DNA of 64,000 nucleotides from Narcine bancroftii (lineage: Eukaryota): the NCBI RefSeq assembly GCF_036971445.1, contig NC_091474.1, positions 28,892,001 to 28,956,000 on the forward strand, given 5' to 3'. Positions 48,685 to 60,644 of this stretch are shown here, one piece after another. The notes beneath the pieces are model-generated. The model did not search any database and was not told the origin of the DNA. It worked only from the letters and a program-made list of their open reading frames with translations. The position numbers were made by a program, and so were the translations under genes. Each line of letters begins with the position of its first letter. The stretch's first letter is position 1.

Positions 48685-51600
48685 TCTAGCGTAAATAAAA
48701 ACTCTCATGACTAGAAGGAGAACAAATGCTTTTACTAGCTTATAACTATGGGTAAGGTTTCACAGAAGTCTTCAAAAAGGTTTTGGGTTTAGGCAGGAAA
48801 TCAGGGTTATAAGTGAGCAGATGGGGGTGGAGCTGGGAGGCAGGGCCAGCCATCAGCACAACACCCTTCCGGTGAATCCCAGTTCACTGCATTCACCCCT
48901 TCCTGTAGAATTTAGGGTCTGTGAATGAAGACAGAGAACATGGGTTCAGAAAATAATGGTTGAAAAGTATCTAGTTATTTACAAATACAGATTTAAGCAG
49001 TCCCGGGGTCTGGATATCCTGGTGGAGCGCCTTAGCACCAGGGGGTCCTTGGTCTCCTTGGGTCTCCTGGTCCCCTTGTGAGGGAGGAAAGGCGGCCTGG
49101 ATCTCCAGCTCAATGGTGGAGGGGGATGCACTTTCCTCCTGAACCGGATCCCCTGAGGACCTGACTGGGGGTGGCAAGAATGAGCTCTGTGGCTTGCAGG
49201 GCACCTGAGGCAACAGACCCTCTGTTCCGGTGGGTGCCAGGTCCCTGTTGGAGATGGTGTCCTCCCTGTCATCTGGGTTCTCCACATAGGCATTTGTGGG
49301 ATTGGCGTGGAGCAGTTTCATCCTTTCCACCAGGGGGTTGGTCTTGCATCCTGAGAAGGACTGGACCAGGAGTGATGAGCCAGACTGGGAGTGTAGTTCC
49401 TGATCCCGACCTTCTTTCGAAAGTGAATAGGTGCTCATGAGGAGTAGCATTGGTTGCAGTACATAGTAGCGACTGGATAGAATGGAGTGCCATAGGGAGG
49501 ACATCCTGCTAGCATGAGTTTGGAAGGCCTTTTGACTTCAGGGCCAGTTTTACAGCCTTCTAGACAATGGTGTTCTCCTTTTCAACCTGCCCATTCCCCT
49601 GGGGGTTGTAGCTAGTAGTCCTGCTGGACGCGATGCCCTTCACCGGCAGGTACTGACGTAGCTCATCACTCATAAAGGCTGAGCCCCAATCACTATGAAT
49701 ATATCTGAATATATTCTGGGATATCTGAACATGGCGAAAATTGTGTCTAGGCCCTTTATGACTGATGAAGTGGACGTGTCTGGACATGGAATGGCAAATG
49801 TGAAGCGGGATTACTCGTCAGTGGTGGAGAGGAAGAAGATGTTCCCATTCGTGGAGGGGAGGGGTCCCTTAAAATCGACACTGAGCCATTCGAAGGGCCT
49901 GGATGACTTGATCAGGTGCACCTTAGCGGGGCGGTAGAAGTGCGGCTTGCATTCTGTGCCGACCTGGAAAGACCTGGCGTCTTCCGTGGAGTAGGGCAGA
50001 TTGTGTGCCTTGACAAAATGAGCCATGCGGGTGACCCCTGGATGGCAAAGCTCATTATGCATAGACCGCAGCTGGCTGGTGTGTGCAGAAGCACAGCTTC
50101 CTCTGGATAAGGCATCTGGAGGGTCATTAAGGGCACCTGGCCAATAGGCAAAGTCATAATTGTAGGTGGAGAGCTCAATCCTCCACCTAGCAATCTTGTT
50201 ATTCTTGATTTTGCCCCTCTTGACATTATTGAACATGAATACGACCAGCCAGGTAGCGTCTCCAGTGCCTTACGGCTTCTACAATGGTTTGAGCCTCCTT
50301 TTCCACTGATGTGTTCTGGAACTCATGGCCTTGTAATGTCCGCGAAAAAAATGCAACCGGCCTGCCCGCCTGGTTGAGAATAGCGGCCAGGGCTACGTCC
50401 AAAGCATTGCTTTCCACTTGGAAAGGCACATTCTCATCCACTGTGTGGATGGTAGCTTTCGCAATGTGGTTCCGGAGGTAGTTAAAAGCTGTTTGGGCTT
50501 TAGCCAAGAGGGGGAAATTAGTGGCCTTTAAGAGGGGGCAAACCTTATCAGTATATTGAGAGATCCACTGGGCATAATGAGGAAAAACCCCAGGCATCTC
50601 CTCAAAGCCTTTGTGGTCCTGGGGATGGGGAGCTCTAACAGGGGGTGCATTCTATCAGGATCGGGTCCAATGATGCCATTCTCCACTACGTAGCCAGGGA
50701 TAGCCAACTGGTTAGACCTGAACACACACTTGTCAGAGTTATAAATGAGTTTCAGGGCTTTCACTGCATAGAGAAAACTCTGGAGGTTGGCGTCATGGTC
50801 TTCCAAGGTGTGGCCACAGACATTATTGAGGTAGGGGAAGGTAGCCTTCAACCCATACTTGTCCACTATTCTGTCCATCTGCCTCTGGAAGATAGAAACC
50901 CCATTAGTAATACCAAAAGGGACCCTCAGGTATTGATAGAAATGACCGTTAGCCTCAAATGCCATATATGGATGGTCCTCTGAACAGATTGGCAGCTAGT
51001 GATGGGCAACTTTCAGATGGTCGAATAGACCCGATAATGTGCGATATCATTCACCATGTCCGAAATTCAAGGGAGGGGGGTATGTGTCCAGGAGTGTGTA
51101 CCAATTAATAGTTTGGCTATAGTCAATTACTAGCTTGAACTTGTTTTCCCCTTTTATCACTTCCACTTACACTCTCCACGGGTTGGTGCTAGGTTCAATG
51201 ATACCTTCATCCAGCAGATGTTGTGTCTCAGACTTTATAAAATCTTGTTCTGCAGTACTGTACCTCCTGCTCTTGGTAGCAATAGGTTTTCAGTCTGAGG
51301 ACAGATTCGGGAAGAGAGGAGGGGGGTGGGTCGATATTCAGTGTGGAGGGGTTGCATGTAGATTCTGATTTTAGGGGCCATCCGTTCCAAACAGTTATGG
51401 GGGGAGGGGACCAGAATACTCCAAGGTCACACTTTTAAGGTGTGATAGTACAGAGTGTACACACCTACTGGCAGGTCTTAAAGGATTGCTCCTAGCCAGA
51501 CCAAGTCATTCTAGACTGGTCAACCTACTTGTGATATGCTCCAGTCTTTTAGTTTATAAAAGCCTTGGTTTGGATCAACAAGTCTGTGGTTCTTTCGACG

Positions 51601-53112
51601 TGCACTACATAAGGTGACACAGGAAGTCCAGACCAACAACACAATTCATCAAGTATATACAAGCAAAATTTACAGAACTCCCACCCACCCCCCTCCCCCG
51701 ACAGGTATACTAAGCAATGTTGTTGAACACTCATAGAGTGTGAATGAGATGCGAGAAATATGCAATAATTAGAAGGATACATCTTTAGGTTGAATTTTTG
51801 TACAGTCCATGAGTCTATGAAGCTTTCAGTACAGCCTGCATTGATTAGGCATTTAGTGGAATGTCCATTTCCCTTCACAGTCACTATGGAGTTGCTGAGC
51901 TGGTGAGGTCTATCCTGTCTAGGACCATCGAGGCTAGGTCCCCAGAGACTCCATAATCCTTACTCACTCGTGTGGCCCCCACCATCCTGAGTTGCCCTGC
52001 ATGGGTATGATGGTGTCAACCATGTGGCACGGCAAGATGGCTGCCCTCCTTCCTCCTCTGACGATGATGGCGCAAAGTTTGAATTTGGGTCACTTCATGC
52101 CATTTCCTCATTGCCACCCTCCATCGGCATGTTGGGCAGCAAGTAGGTTCGGGTGAATTTGGGGCAGATGGCTTGGAGCTGGAATCAGATCCAGAAGTGT
52201 TGCAGGCTGCGGACTTCCCCAGGCTTCCCCTTGCATGACAAACCCTGACTCAATGTCCTTTTTTGCTACAGCTGGAACACACTGAGTCTTTTGCCAGGCA
52301 ACGAGATTGGAGATTCTGCCTCTTGCCGCAGAAAAAGCACTCCCTGGCATGGAAGCAGCAGGGATAGCGAGAACAGCCGGTCCTTGGAAGGGGTCACCTG
52401 GGTGAGCAAGGTCGCTGGCTTCAAGGTCATCATTCTCGAGCTTGGCTAGTTCCAGTGATTTGACCAGCTTGATGTGGCTAGCCAGTCCTTCTTTCCCGAC
52501 TCGAGCAGTCGCTGCCTCATGTACCTCGAGCGGACCCCCACGACTAGAGTGTCCCAGATCTGTTCTTCCTCACGAATGTGGCCCGTAACCACTTCATATC
52601 TGCACTTCTTAGGAAGCATCCACAGATCCAACAGATAATCATCGATGGTCTCTCCTGGCCGCTGGTGATGTAGAGCAAGTCAGGGTGGCAGCGTCATATG
52701 TAGAGCAGTCCCTGATGACTGCACACCCTTTTGTTCCTTCCCTCGAAGCGAGTGCAGACCTCCTGAGTTCATTGGTATGGAAGAAGTCTCTGCTCACGTT
52801 CAGGTAGACCTGGAAGCAGTCTAGCCAATATGTGAACTCCTCAGCTGCATCGGGGGGGGGGACAGAGCATACCTGGCTTGAGTAGCACTTCCATCATGAG
52901 GGAATAAGCTAATAAAATTGTAGTGTGAGTAAAAGCTCTCATGACTGGAGGGAGAACAAATGCTTTTATTAGCATATAACTAAGGGTAGGGTCTCACAGT
53001 AGTCTTCAGAAGGGTTCTGGGTTTTGGTGGGAAACCAGGTTTATAAGTGAGCAGATGGGGGTGGGGCCGGCCATCAGCACAAAGCCCTACCAGTGAATCC
53101 CAGTTCATTGCA
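48685..53112 (-). mobile_element. Full-length degenerate Gypsy LTR retrotransposon with non-tRNA PBS
   Basis: LTRs at 48685-48891 and 52919-53112; 5-bp TSD AAAGC (48680-48684, 53113-53117); PPT AGGAAGGGGTGAA next to the 3' LTR; RT (YLRVPFGITNG), RNase H (RPVAFFSRTL, VEKEA) and integrase (H...CHPG, SVDFKGPLPS, HSDWG, YNPQGNGQVEK). Confidence 0.92.
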
Positions 53113-54164
53113 AAAGCCTAAACTGGAAATAATGCCTTTCTGCAAGTCGTTAACCATAGAAAACTGCAGCACAGAAACAGGCCCTTTGGCCCATCTAGTC
53201 TATGTCAAACTATGAATCCACCTCAGCCCATGACTTGCACCCAGACCATAGTTTTCAGTACCCCTACCATCCAGTCCTCCCTTAAATGTCACAACCATCA
53301 CCTCCACCTGGCAGTTCGTTGTCGCTGCTGAGGTCCAGCACTGAATCCTGAGCCATCCCGATCGTTCTGTGTGCCAATCATTGCCAGATTTAATTGTGAG
53401 GTGTCTGGGGGTAAATCACCAGGATTTCTGTCTTTCAGCAGAGAGAGCGACATTGAAAATACTTAGTCGATGGATTAGAGGAGAAATGTTTACTTGGATG
53501 GGTTTGCAGGCGCTAGAACCGGGGGAGCAGACGAAGGAGTTTCTTGTCAAGCATGGACGCTATGGGTTGAACGGCCGCAAATCTCCGCGGCTTTCTTCGC
53601 TTTTGGGTAAGCATTCAGCCGGTCAGGGTGCAGGACGGGTGAGGGGGGGTCTCTGTCAGAACGGGGAGCAGCCCGACTCGCGGAGAAGGAGGTGCAGCAG
53701 CCGGGCGGGGGAGGCGGACAGACTCGAGTAGCGAGGGGAAGGGGAAGCCGGGGCGGGGCTGGCTCGTTGCTTTGCCACAGGGCTGAACTTCGCCGTTGTG
53801 TGCGGGAGCGGAGAGGGATCCTCAGCCCCACATTCCAGTGATGAACCATGACGCCCACCTGTCCTCAACAGGTCAGTCCCGGGAAGGAGGGATGCGCCGA
53901 GCTCCTTGCCCCGTCCCGCACACGTGCGGTGTTCACGGCAGGGGCCACCGGTGCTGTTCAAAACAGGGTGGTTGGGGAAATGCAGAGGGCGAGGGTGGCC
54001 CTGGCCGGGTCCAGGGTAGGAAAAAGAAATGTTGAGGGTGGTTTAAGGAGAGAGGGATTCTTCAGAAAAAAAATCATCTGTTGGGTTGAGATTTAGGTGA
54101 CGCCAAAAGAAGATTCTACAGGAAAGTGGTTAAATGAGTGAAGTAGAAAATATTCAGGGGAGTG

Positions 54165-54340
54165 AGGAGAGTGGGGGGTGGAGGGGAGAGTGGAGGGGAG
54201 AGTGGGGGGGTGGAGGGGAGAGTGGGGGGGTGGAGGGGAGAGTGGGGGGTGGAGGGGAGAGTGGGGAGGAGGATGAGGGAGAGAGGGCAGGCAGTTTGGG
54301 GGGAGAGGGAGAGAGCAGGCGGTTTGGGGGGGAGAGAGGG
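54165..54340. repeat. Purine-rich (GGAGGGGAGAGTGGGGGGT-like) simple repeat
   Basis: Seen directly. Confidence 0.85.
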
Positions 54341-55018
54341 AGTGAGCAAGAGCAGGGGGTTGGGGAGAGATATTAGGTCAATTGGGTGTATTCAGACACC
54401 ACAGGCCAAAAGGGCCTGTTACCGTGCTGCATGTCTAAATTTAAAATTTAATTTAGAGAAGAGGGTAAGGAATGAGAGCAAGGGGTAGGGAAAGAGAACA
54501 GTGGGGTAGAGTGAGTGAGTGTGGAGTTTGGTCAGGTTGAAAACAGGATGTGGGGATGAGTTAGGGTGAACTGGCCAGTCAGTCACCCTTGCAGCATGTT
54601 AGAGGCCTGTAAGCAAAGACCTGATCGTCCTTAGTTGCACCAGCAGACTTGGCTCGGTGTTGCTGGTGTTGCCAGAGCAGAGTGGGAATATTGGGTCGTG
54701 CTGCCTCCTTAACCCAGTGTAGAGGGGGATTTCCGAGAGATTGCAGATCAACTAACAAATACAGGAAGCTGAACAGACATCATGATTGTGCATGCCATGA
54801 AAGCTATTTCAATTCGTTAGAAAGCATAATTAATACTATTATGCTCTTAAATAATATTCCAAAACATTTCAGATGGTCTGCTATAAGATGAGAACTGTGT
54901 TTGTGTTAACTGTTTAAAGGTTTGTGTTATATTGCCAGAATGTTTCACTGACCCAACAACAGTTCAGTTTCACACTTGTTGCTCTAAAGTAAACACAGTG
55001 CAGGAGAAGGTTGTGAGT

Positions 55019-55165
55019 TTGATGAAGGGCTCCTCCATCAATGTCTGAAACATTGGTTATGTATCTATCTTTGCCTTATAAAGGACACTGTTTGACCTGC
55101 TGACTTTTGCCAGCATTGTGTTTTTACTTCAAACGTGGTGTCTGCAGACATTTGTGTTTTACTTT
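55019..55165 (+). mobile_element. Penelope-like pseudo-LTR with hammerhead motif (expanded stem II region)
   Basis: TTGATGA-AGGGCTCCTCCATCAATGTCT-GAAACATT-GGTTATG followed by the family tail. Confidence 0.7.
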
Positions 55166-56119
55166 TGAAAAGAGGGAGCAGCAATAATGGGGGAAGTACT
55201 GGAATCTTTAATAAAAGATGCAATAACAGAACACTTGGAACTAAATCATGGGACTGAGCAGTCAACACAGACTTGTTCAAGATTCCTTTATTGCCATGTA
55301 ATAGTACAGAACGTATAATATTACATTACATTCCCTTTTGCCTGCCGTAAGGCAGACAAAGAGATATATCAGTGTCATTCAGCGCCGCTTGCAGTAAGAG
55401 AGAAAGAGAACCAAGGGAGTCCCTTCAGAGATGCTGAGAGTCTGTGGATTTGCCTCCAGTGCTCCCCCAAGTGTTGGATCTTCTTGAAAACATTAAGAAC
55501 GTTCACCGGGGCCGAATATGATATACCCCAGGTTTCTGAGGGAAGTGAGAGAAGCGATAGCTGGAGCAGTAGCTATGATCTGTGGGTCCTCTTTGGCCAC
55601 AGGGGAGATCCCAGAGGAATGGAGAATGGCCAATGTGGTCCCCTTGTTTAAAAAAGGTAATAGGGAGAATCCTGGGAATTATAGACTAGTGAGGCTTCTA
55701 TCAGTAGTGTGCAAACTTGTGGAGAGAATTCTTAACAATAGGATCTATAAGCATTTGGAGCAGTACAGTCTACACAAGGATAGTCAAGGCTAAAAGGCCC
55801 GTGCTGTGCTGCAGATTTCAGATTTATTGTCAAAGTACATATATGACATCATATACAACTCTGAGATTAGTTTTTCCTGCGGGCACGACAGAATTACCTC
55901 TAATTGGTAGTGAAAAAAAAACTGTACACAGCGTAAACATGTGACCAATCAAAAGAATTATGAACAGATAATGAATGTAAACAACTGACTGTGCAATACT
56001 GAGAGAGCAAAGAGCAAATAAAAATCAATAAGGTGCACAAGTAAGAGTCCTTAAATGAGTGTCTGTAGATTACAGGTGCAAAATTGCAATAAATTACATT
56101 TCCGTAGATGCAAAATTTT

Positions 56120-56515
56120 AAAATAAACAGTGCATAAGAAAGGAGAACGAGTGAGATAGTGTCTATGGGTTCATTGTCTGTTCAGAAATCTGATGGCGGA
56201 AGGAAAGTTGCTGTTTTTTGTACCATTGGGTGTTCATCTTCAGGCTTCTGTACCTCCTTCTTGATGGTAACAGAGTAAAGAAGACACGGCTTGGGTGGTG
56301 AAGGTCTCTTGTAGATGTCCTCGATGGATGAAGGCTGATGCCCATGATGGTGCTGGCCAAGTTCACAATCTCTGAAGCCTTTTCCTGTCCTGTGCATTGG
56401 CATCTCCATACTAGACAATGATACAACCAATCAGAATGCTGTCCTGTAGAAATTTGCAAGTGTCTTTGGTGATGTACCAAATCTCCTTAAACCGCTGGTG
56501 AGCCTTCTTCATTGT
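56120..56515 (-). mobile_element. Rex1/Babar-like LINE 3' fragment
   Basis: Homologous to 10520-11075 (HHPSRVFFTLLPSRRRYRSLKMNTQWYK). Confidence 0.75.
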
Positions 56516-57030
56516 GGTCCATGAACAATGTTTCAATAGGAATATTGTTGGGGAGGAAATTGGTAAGCATTGTGTGCACATCATGCTCCCAGAAGCCGCA
56601 ATTTGGCAACCCAGAGGATGGGGGTGGGGGTAAATGTGGGATCCAGGAGGGTACAAAGATGGCAACTGGAATTCAGTGCAGGGACAAGAGGCGAGGAGCA
56701 AATAGGGCAAGGTAAATGGGAGGAGTGGTGTTGGCGTGGTGGTCCACCGATCCCTGAACACTACCCGTAGCTGAGAATGGACTTTTCTCAGATAACTAAA
56801 GAGCAGGGAGTTGGGGCTCAAACTGAGCAAATTGAGGGGCAGAAGGGGCTGTGCTAAGAAAGATCAAATAGCCTGTGGCTATTACATCTGGAACAAAAGG
56901 TTTAATGGGAAATTGGAAAAAGGGAGGTAACCATACTTCTGGCAATTTCTGCTGATGGTGAATTCATGTAATATTACACTGTTTTTATTACATGACAGTA
57001 AAGATATCTTGAATCTTAAACCACACGGTC

Positions 57031-58504
57031 CTCCCAGAATTACAGTGTGGCTTTGCGCAAACAGAGGAACTACTGACATGGTCTTTGCCCTCAGACAGCT
57101 CCAAGAAAAGTGCAGCAAACAAAACAAAGGACTCTACATCACCTTTGTTGACCTCACCAAAGCCTTCGACACCGTGAGCAGGAAAGGGCTTTGGCAAATA
57201 CTAGAGTGCCCCAGATGCCCCCCCAAGTTCCTCAACATGGTTATCCAACTGCACGAAAACCAATAAGGTCGGGTCAGATACAACAATGAGCTCTCCGAAC
57301 CCTTCTCCATTGACAACGGCGTGAAGCAAGGCTGCGTCCTCGCACCAACCCTCTTTATTATCTTCTTCAGCATGATGCTGAAACAAGCCATGAAAGACCT
57401 CAATAACGAAGATGCTGTTTACATCCGGTACCGCACGGATGGCAGTCTCTTCAATCTGAGGCGCCTGCAAGCTCACACCAAGACACAAGAGCAACTTGTC
57501 CGTGAACTACTCTTTGCAGATGATGCCACTTTAGTTCCCCATTCAGAGCCAGCTCTCCAGCGCATAACGTCCTGTTTTGCGGAAACTGCAAAATGTTTTG
57601 TTTTGGAAGTCAGCCTGAAGAAAACTGAGGTCCTCCATCAGTCAGCTCCCCACCATGACCACCAGCCCCCCCCACATCTCCATCGGGCACACTGAACTCA
57701 AAATGGTCAACCAGTTTACCTACCTCGGCTGCACCATTTCATCTGATGCAAAGATCGACAACGAGTTAGACAACAGACTCGCCAAGGTAAATAGCGCCTT
57801 TGGAAGACTACACAAAAGAGTCTGGAAAAACAACCACCTGAAGAAACACACAAAGATCAACGAGTACAGAGCCGTTGTCATATCCACGCTCCTGTTCGGC
57901 TCCGAATCATGGGTCCTCTACCGGCATCACCTACGGCTCCTAGAATGCTTCCATCAGCGCTGTCTCCGCACCATCCTCAACATTGAATGACTTCATCACC
58001 AACATCAAAGTACTCGAGCTGGCAGAGTCCGCAAGCATTGAATCCACGCTGCTGAAGACCCAACTGCGCTGGGTGGGTCACGTTTCTAGAATGGAGGACC
58101 ATCGCCTTCCCAAGATCGTGTTATATGGCGAGCTCTCCACTGGGCTCCGAGACAGAGGTGCACCAAAGAAGAGGTACAAGGACAGTTTAAAGAAATCTCT
58201 TGGTGTCTGCCACATTGACCACCGCCAGTGGGCTGATCTCGCCTCCAACCGTGCATCTTGGCGCCTCACAGTTCGGCAGGCAGCAACCTCCTTTGAAGAA
58301 GACCGCAGAGCCCACCTCACTGACAAAAGACAAAGGAGGAAAAACCCAACACCCAACCCCAACCAATTTTCCCTTGCAACCGTACCTGCCTGTCCCGCAT
58401 TGGACTTGTCAGTCACCAACGAGCCTGCAGCAGACGTGAACATACCCCTCCATAAATCTTCGTCTGCGAAGCCAAGCCAAAGAGAAAGAGAGAAGAGAAG
58501 AAAG
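57031..58504 (+). mobile_element. 5'-truncated RTE LINE with 55-bp target-site duplication
   Basis: Frameshifted RT peptides (FVDLTKAFDTV, KQGCVLAP, FADD); GA-rich tail; identical 55-bp flanks at 56976-57030 and 58505-58559. Confidence 0.95.
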
Positions 58505-58754
58505 ACACTGTTTTTATTACATGACAGTAAAGATATCTTGAATCTTAAACCACACGGTCTAGATTTATAACAGATAAAAGAGGAGTTCATTCTTTGTTGG
58601 AAGGAGCAGAAGAGAGACAAACTCTCCCCCAGTCAAACGGAATTTGGTTGGATCATAACCTGTAGGGTTACTGACTGGGATCTCTGGAGAAACCCCAGGC
58701 ATGCTGGAAACACACAGCATATCAGACATATGGAGAAGGTGACGGAGTTAACGT

Positions 58755-58890
58755 GGTGAAACACGAAAGTCTGCAGACTCCATGATTGCAGTAAAAACAC
58801 AAATGCTGGAGGAGCTCAGCAGGTCTCACGGCATCCATTGGAGGTAAAGATACGATGTTTCAGGCCTGAGCCCTTTTCCAGGGTATGAGT
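58755..58890 (-). mobile_element. Penelope-like pseudo-LTR, degenerate hammerhead motif
   Basis: Reverse complement reads CATACC-CTGGAAA-AGGGCTCAGGCCT-GAAACATC, then ...GACCTGCTGAGCTCCTCCAGCA...TCTGCAGACTTTCGTGTTT. Confidence 0.65.
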
Positions 58891-59244
58891 AAAAGGCAGG
58901 CTGGCATCTGTCTGAATTAAAAGGCTAGAGAGAAGGGATGGGAGGAAGAGTACAGTCCAACAGGCAAAAACTGTTGATTGGATATGGACAAGAGAGGAAA
59001 AGGTGAGACTTGATAGGGCCTAAATATGTATCTTTGAAAATGAGAGGTTATTGTCATATACAGAGGTACAGTGTACAGATTCTTACCTGCTCCAGACACA
59101 GGTACATCAACTACAATAGTATCATTTCAAAATGTCACATATTGCATGAGAAAGCGATATTAAATATAAAAGGATGGATAAACAAATATTCACAATTGCA
59201 GTTTGTGTAAGAGAAAGTAGGTGATGCTTCATGTAGACAGATCT

Positions 59245-59730
59245 TCAAGTCAAGTTTATTGTCATCTGATTGCACAATTACAGCCTGACGAAACTACGTT
59301 CTCCGATCCTCAATGCAAAACACACAGCACACAACCCAACATAACATACATACAGACAAATAACATATGCAGGAATATGAGAGTCTCGGATGGTTAGTGT
59401 GAGCAGTTCCTTTGGTCGTTCAGCATCCTCACTGTCTGAGGGAAGAAGCTGTTCCTCAGCCTGGTGGTGCTGGCTCTGATACTCCTGTATCTCTTCCCTG
59501 AAGGAGCAGTTGAAAGATACTGTGTGCGGGGTGGAAGGGGTCCTCAATGATTTTGCACACCATCTTCAGACAACGATCCCAGTAGATCACATCGATTGTA
59601 GAGGAGGGAGACTCTAGTGATCTTCTCTGCCACTCTTATGGTCTTCGACCCATTTCTCTGCAGCAACTGTACCACACTGTTACGCAGCTGGCCAGGATGC
59701 TCTCGATAGAGCTCCTGTAGAAGATTTTGG
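59245..59730 (-). mobile_element. Rex1/Babar-like LINE 3' fragment
   Basis: Peptide FYRSSIESILASCVTVWY; homologous to 4410-4860 and 23660-24200. Confidence 0.75.
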
Positions 59731-60230
59731 TGGTGCCAGTGTAGTTTATGATCAGGGTAGGACAGAAAGGTTCAAGAGCCTGAAAGCTGTTGGAACAAAA
59801 GTGTTCTTGAACCCAGAGGAGTTGGACTTCAGGCTTCTGGACCAGAAGGGTGCATCTAATGTTTCTATCCTCCGTCATTGACTTGCCTTTCATCACTGGG
59901 AGGCGGGAAGTGGGATTAACCAAAGCATTAGTTCCACTGGGGAGTGATGGAGATGGGATCAATTACCTTAACAAAGCTTCAAGATGAACTCAGTTAGAGA
60001 GGTTGAGAGTGTATGTACCTCAAAGCAGGCCAGTAGAGGATGACCACAGGTAGACATCTTGGTTGGCAAGGGCAAATTGGACTGAAGGGTCTTGTCTCTA
60101 TGCGATACAGCTCCATTTTTCAGTGACAGTTACTTAGAGAACTAAGCACACTCGTCTGTGCCAGAAAATCTGAGCCGAGGTCACACCGGAAACGTTAGAA
60201 GCCATCAGCGTGTAGTCTAAGAATGCGGAC

Positions 60231-60440
60231 CAACCAGATGGCATTAATATTGACCTAATGTTTCTGTGTTAGACCCACCACCACCCACCCTCCGGCCTGG
60301 GTTTTACCTTCCATGTCTCCTTTCCTCTAGCTCTGTCTCTCTTCCCTTTCCCCTCTGACTCCTTTCACAGAGCCTTTCATCTTAGCATATCTGATTCACA
60401 CTTGTCTGGTGGACTGTACTCCTTCCCCTCTCTTTCTTAC
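60231..60440 (+). mobile_element. Penelope-like ORF C-terminus remnant
   Basis: QPDGINIDLMFLC* at 60231-60272 followed by a pyrimidine-rich UTR, homologous to 16527-16483. Confidence 0.55.
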
Positions 60441-60507
60441 CTGCAGTATACCCACACATCCTGAAGACATGCGAGTTACTGAGTTAATGGCTACCATAAG
60501 TTATCCC

Positions 60508-60510
<3 letters not shown>

Positions 60511-60558
<48 letters not shown>
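60511..60558. repeat. (TG)n microsatellite
   Basis: About 24 TG units. Confidence 0.98.
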
Positions 60559-60560
<2 letters not shown>

Positions 60561-60644
60561 GGGGGGGTGGGGCAGGGAAGGAACCTGGGAGAATTGATGG
60601 GAATGTGGAGATAATGAAGGATCTATGTGTGGTTGGTTGATGCT

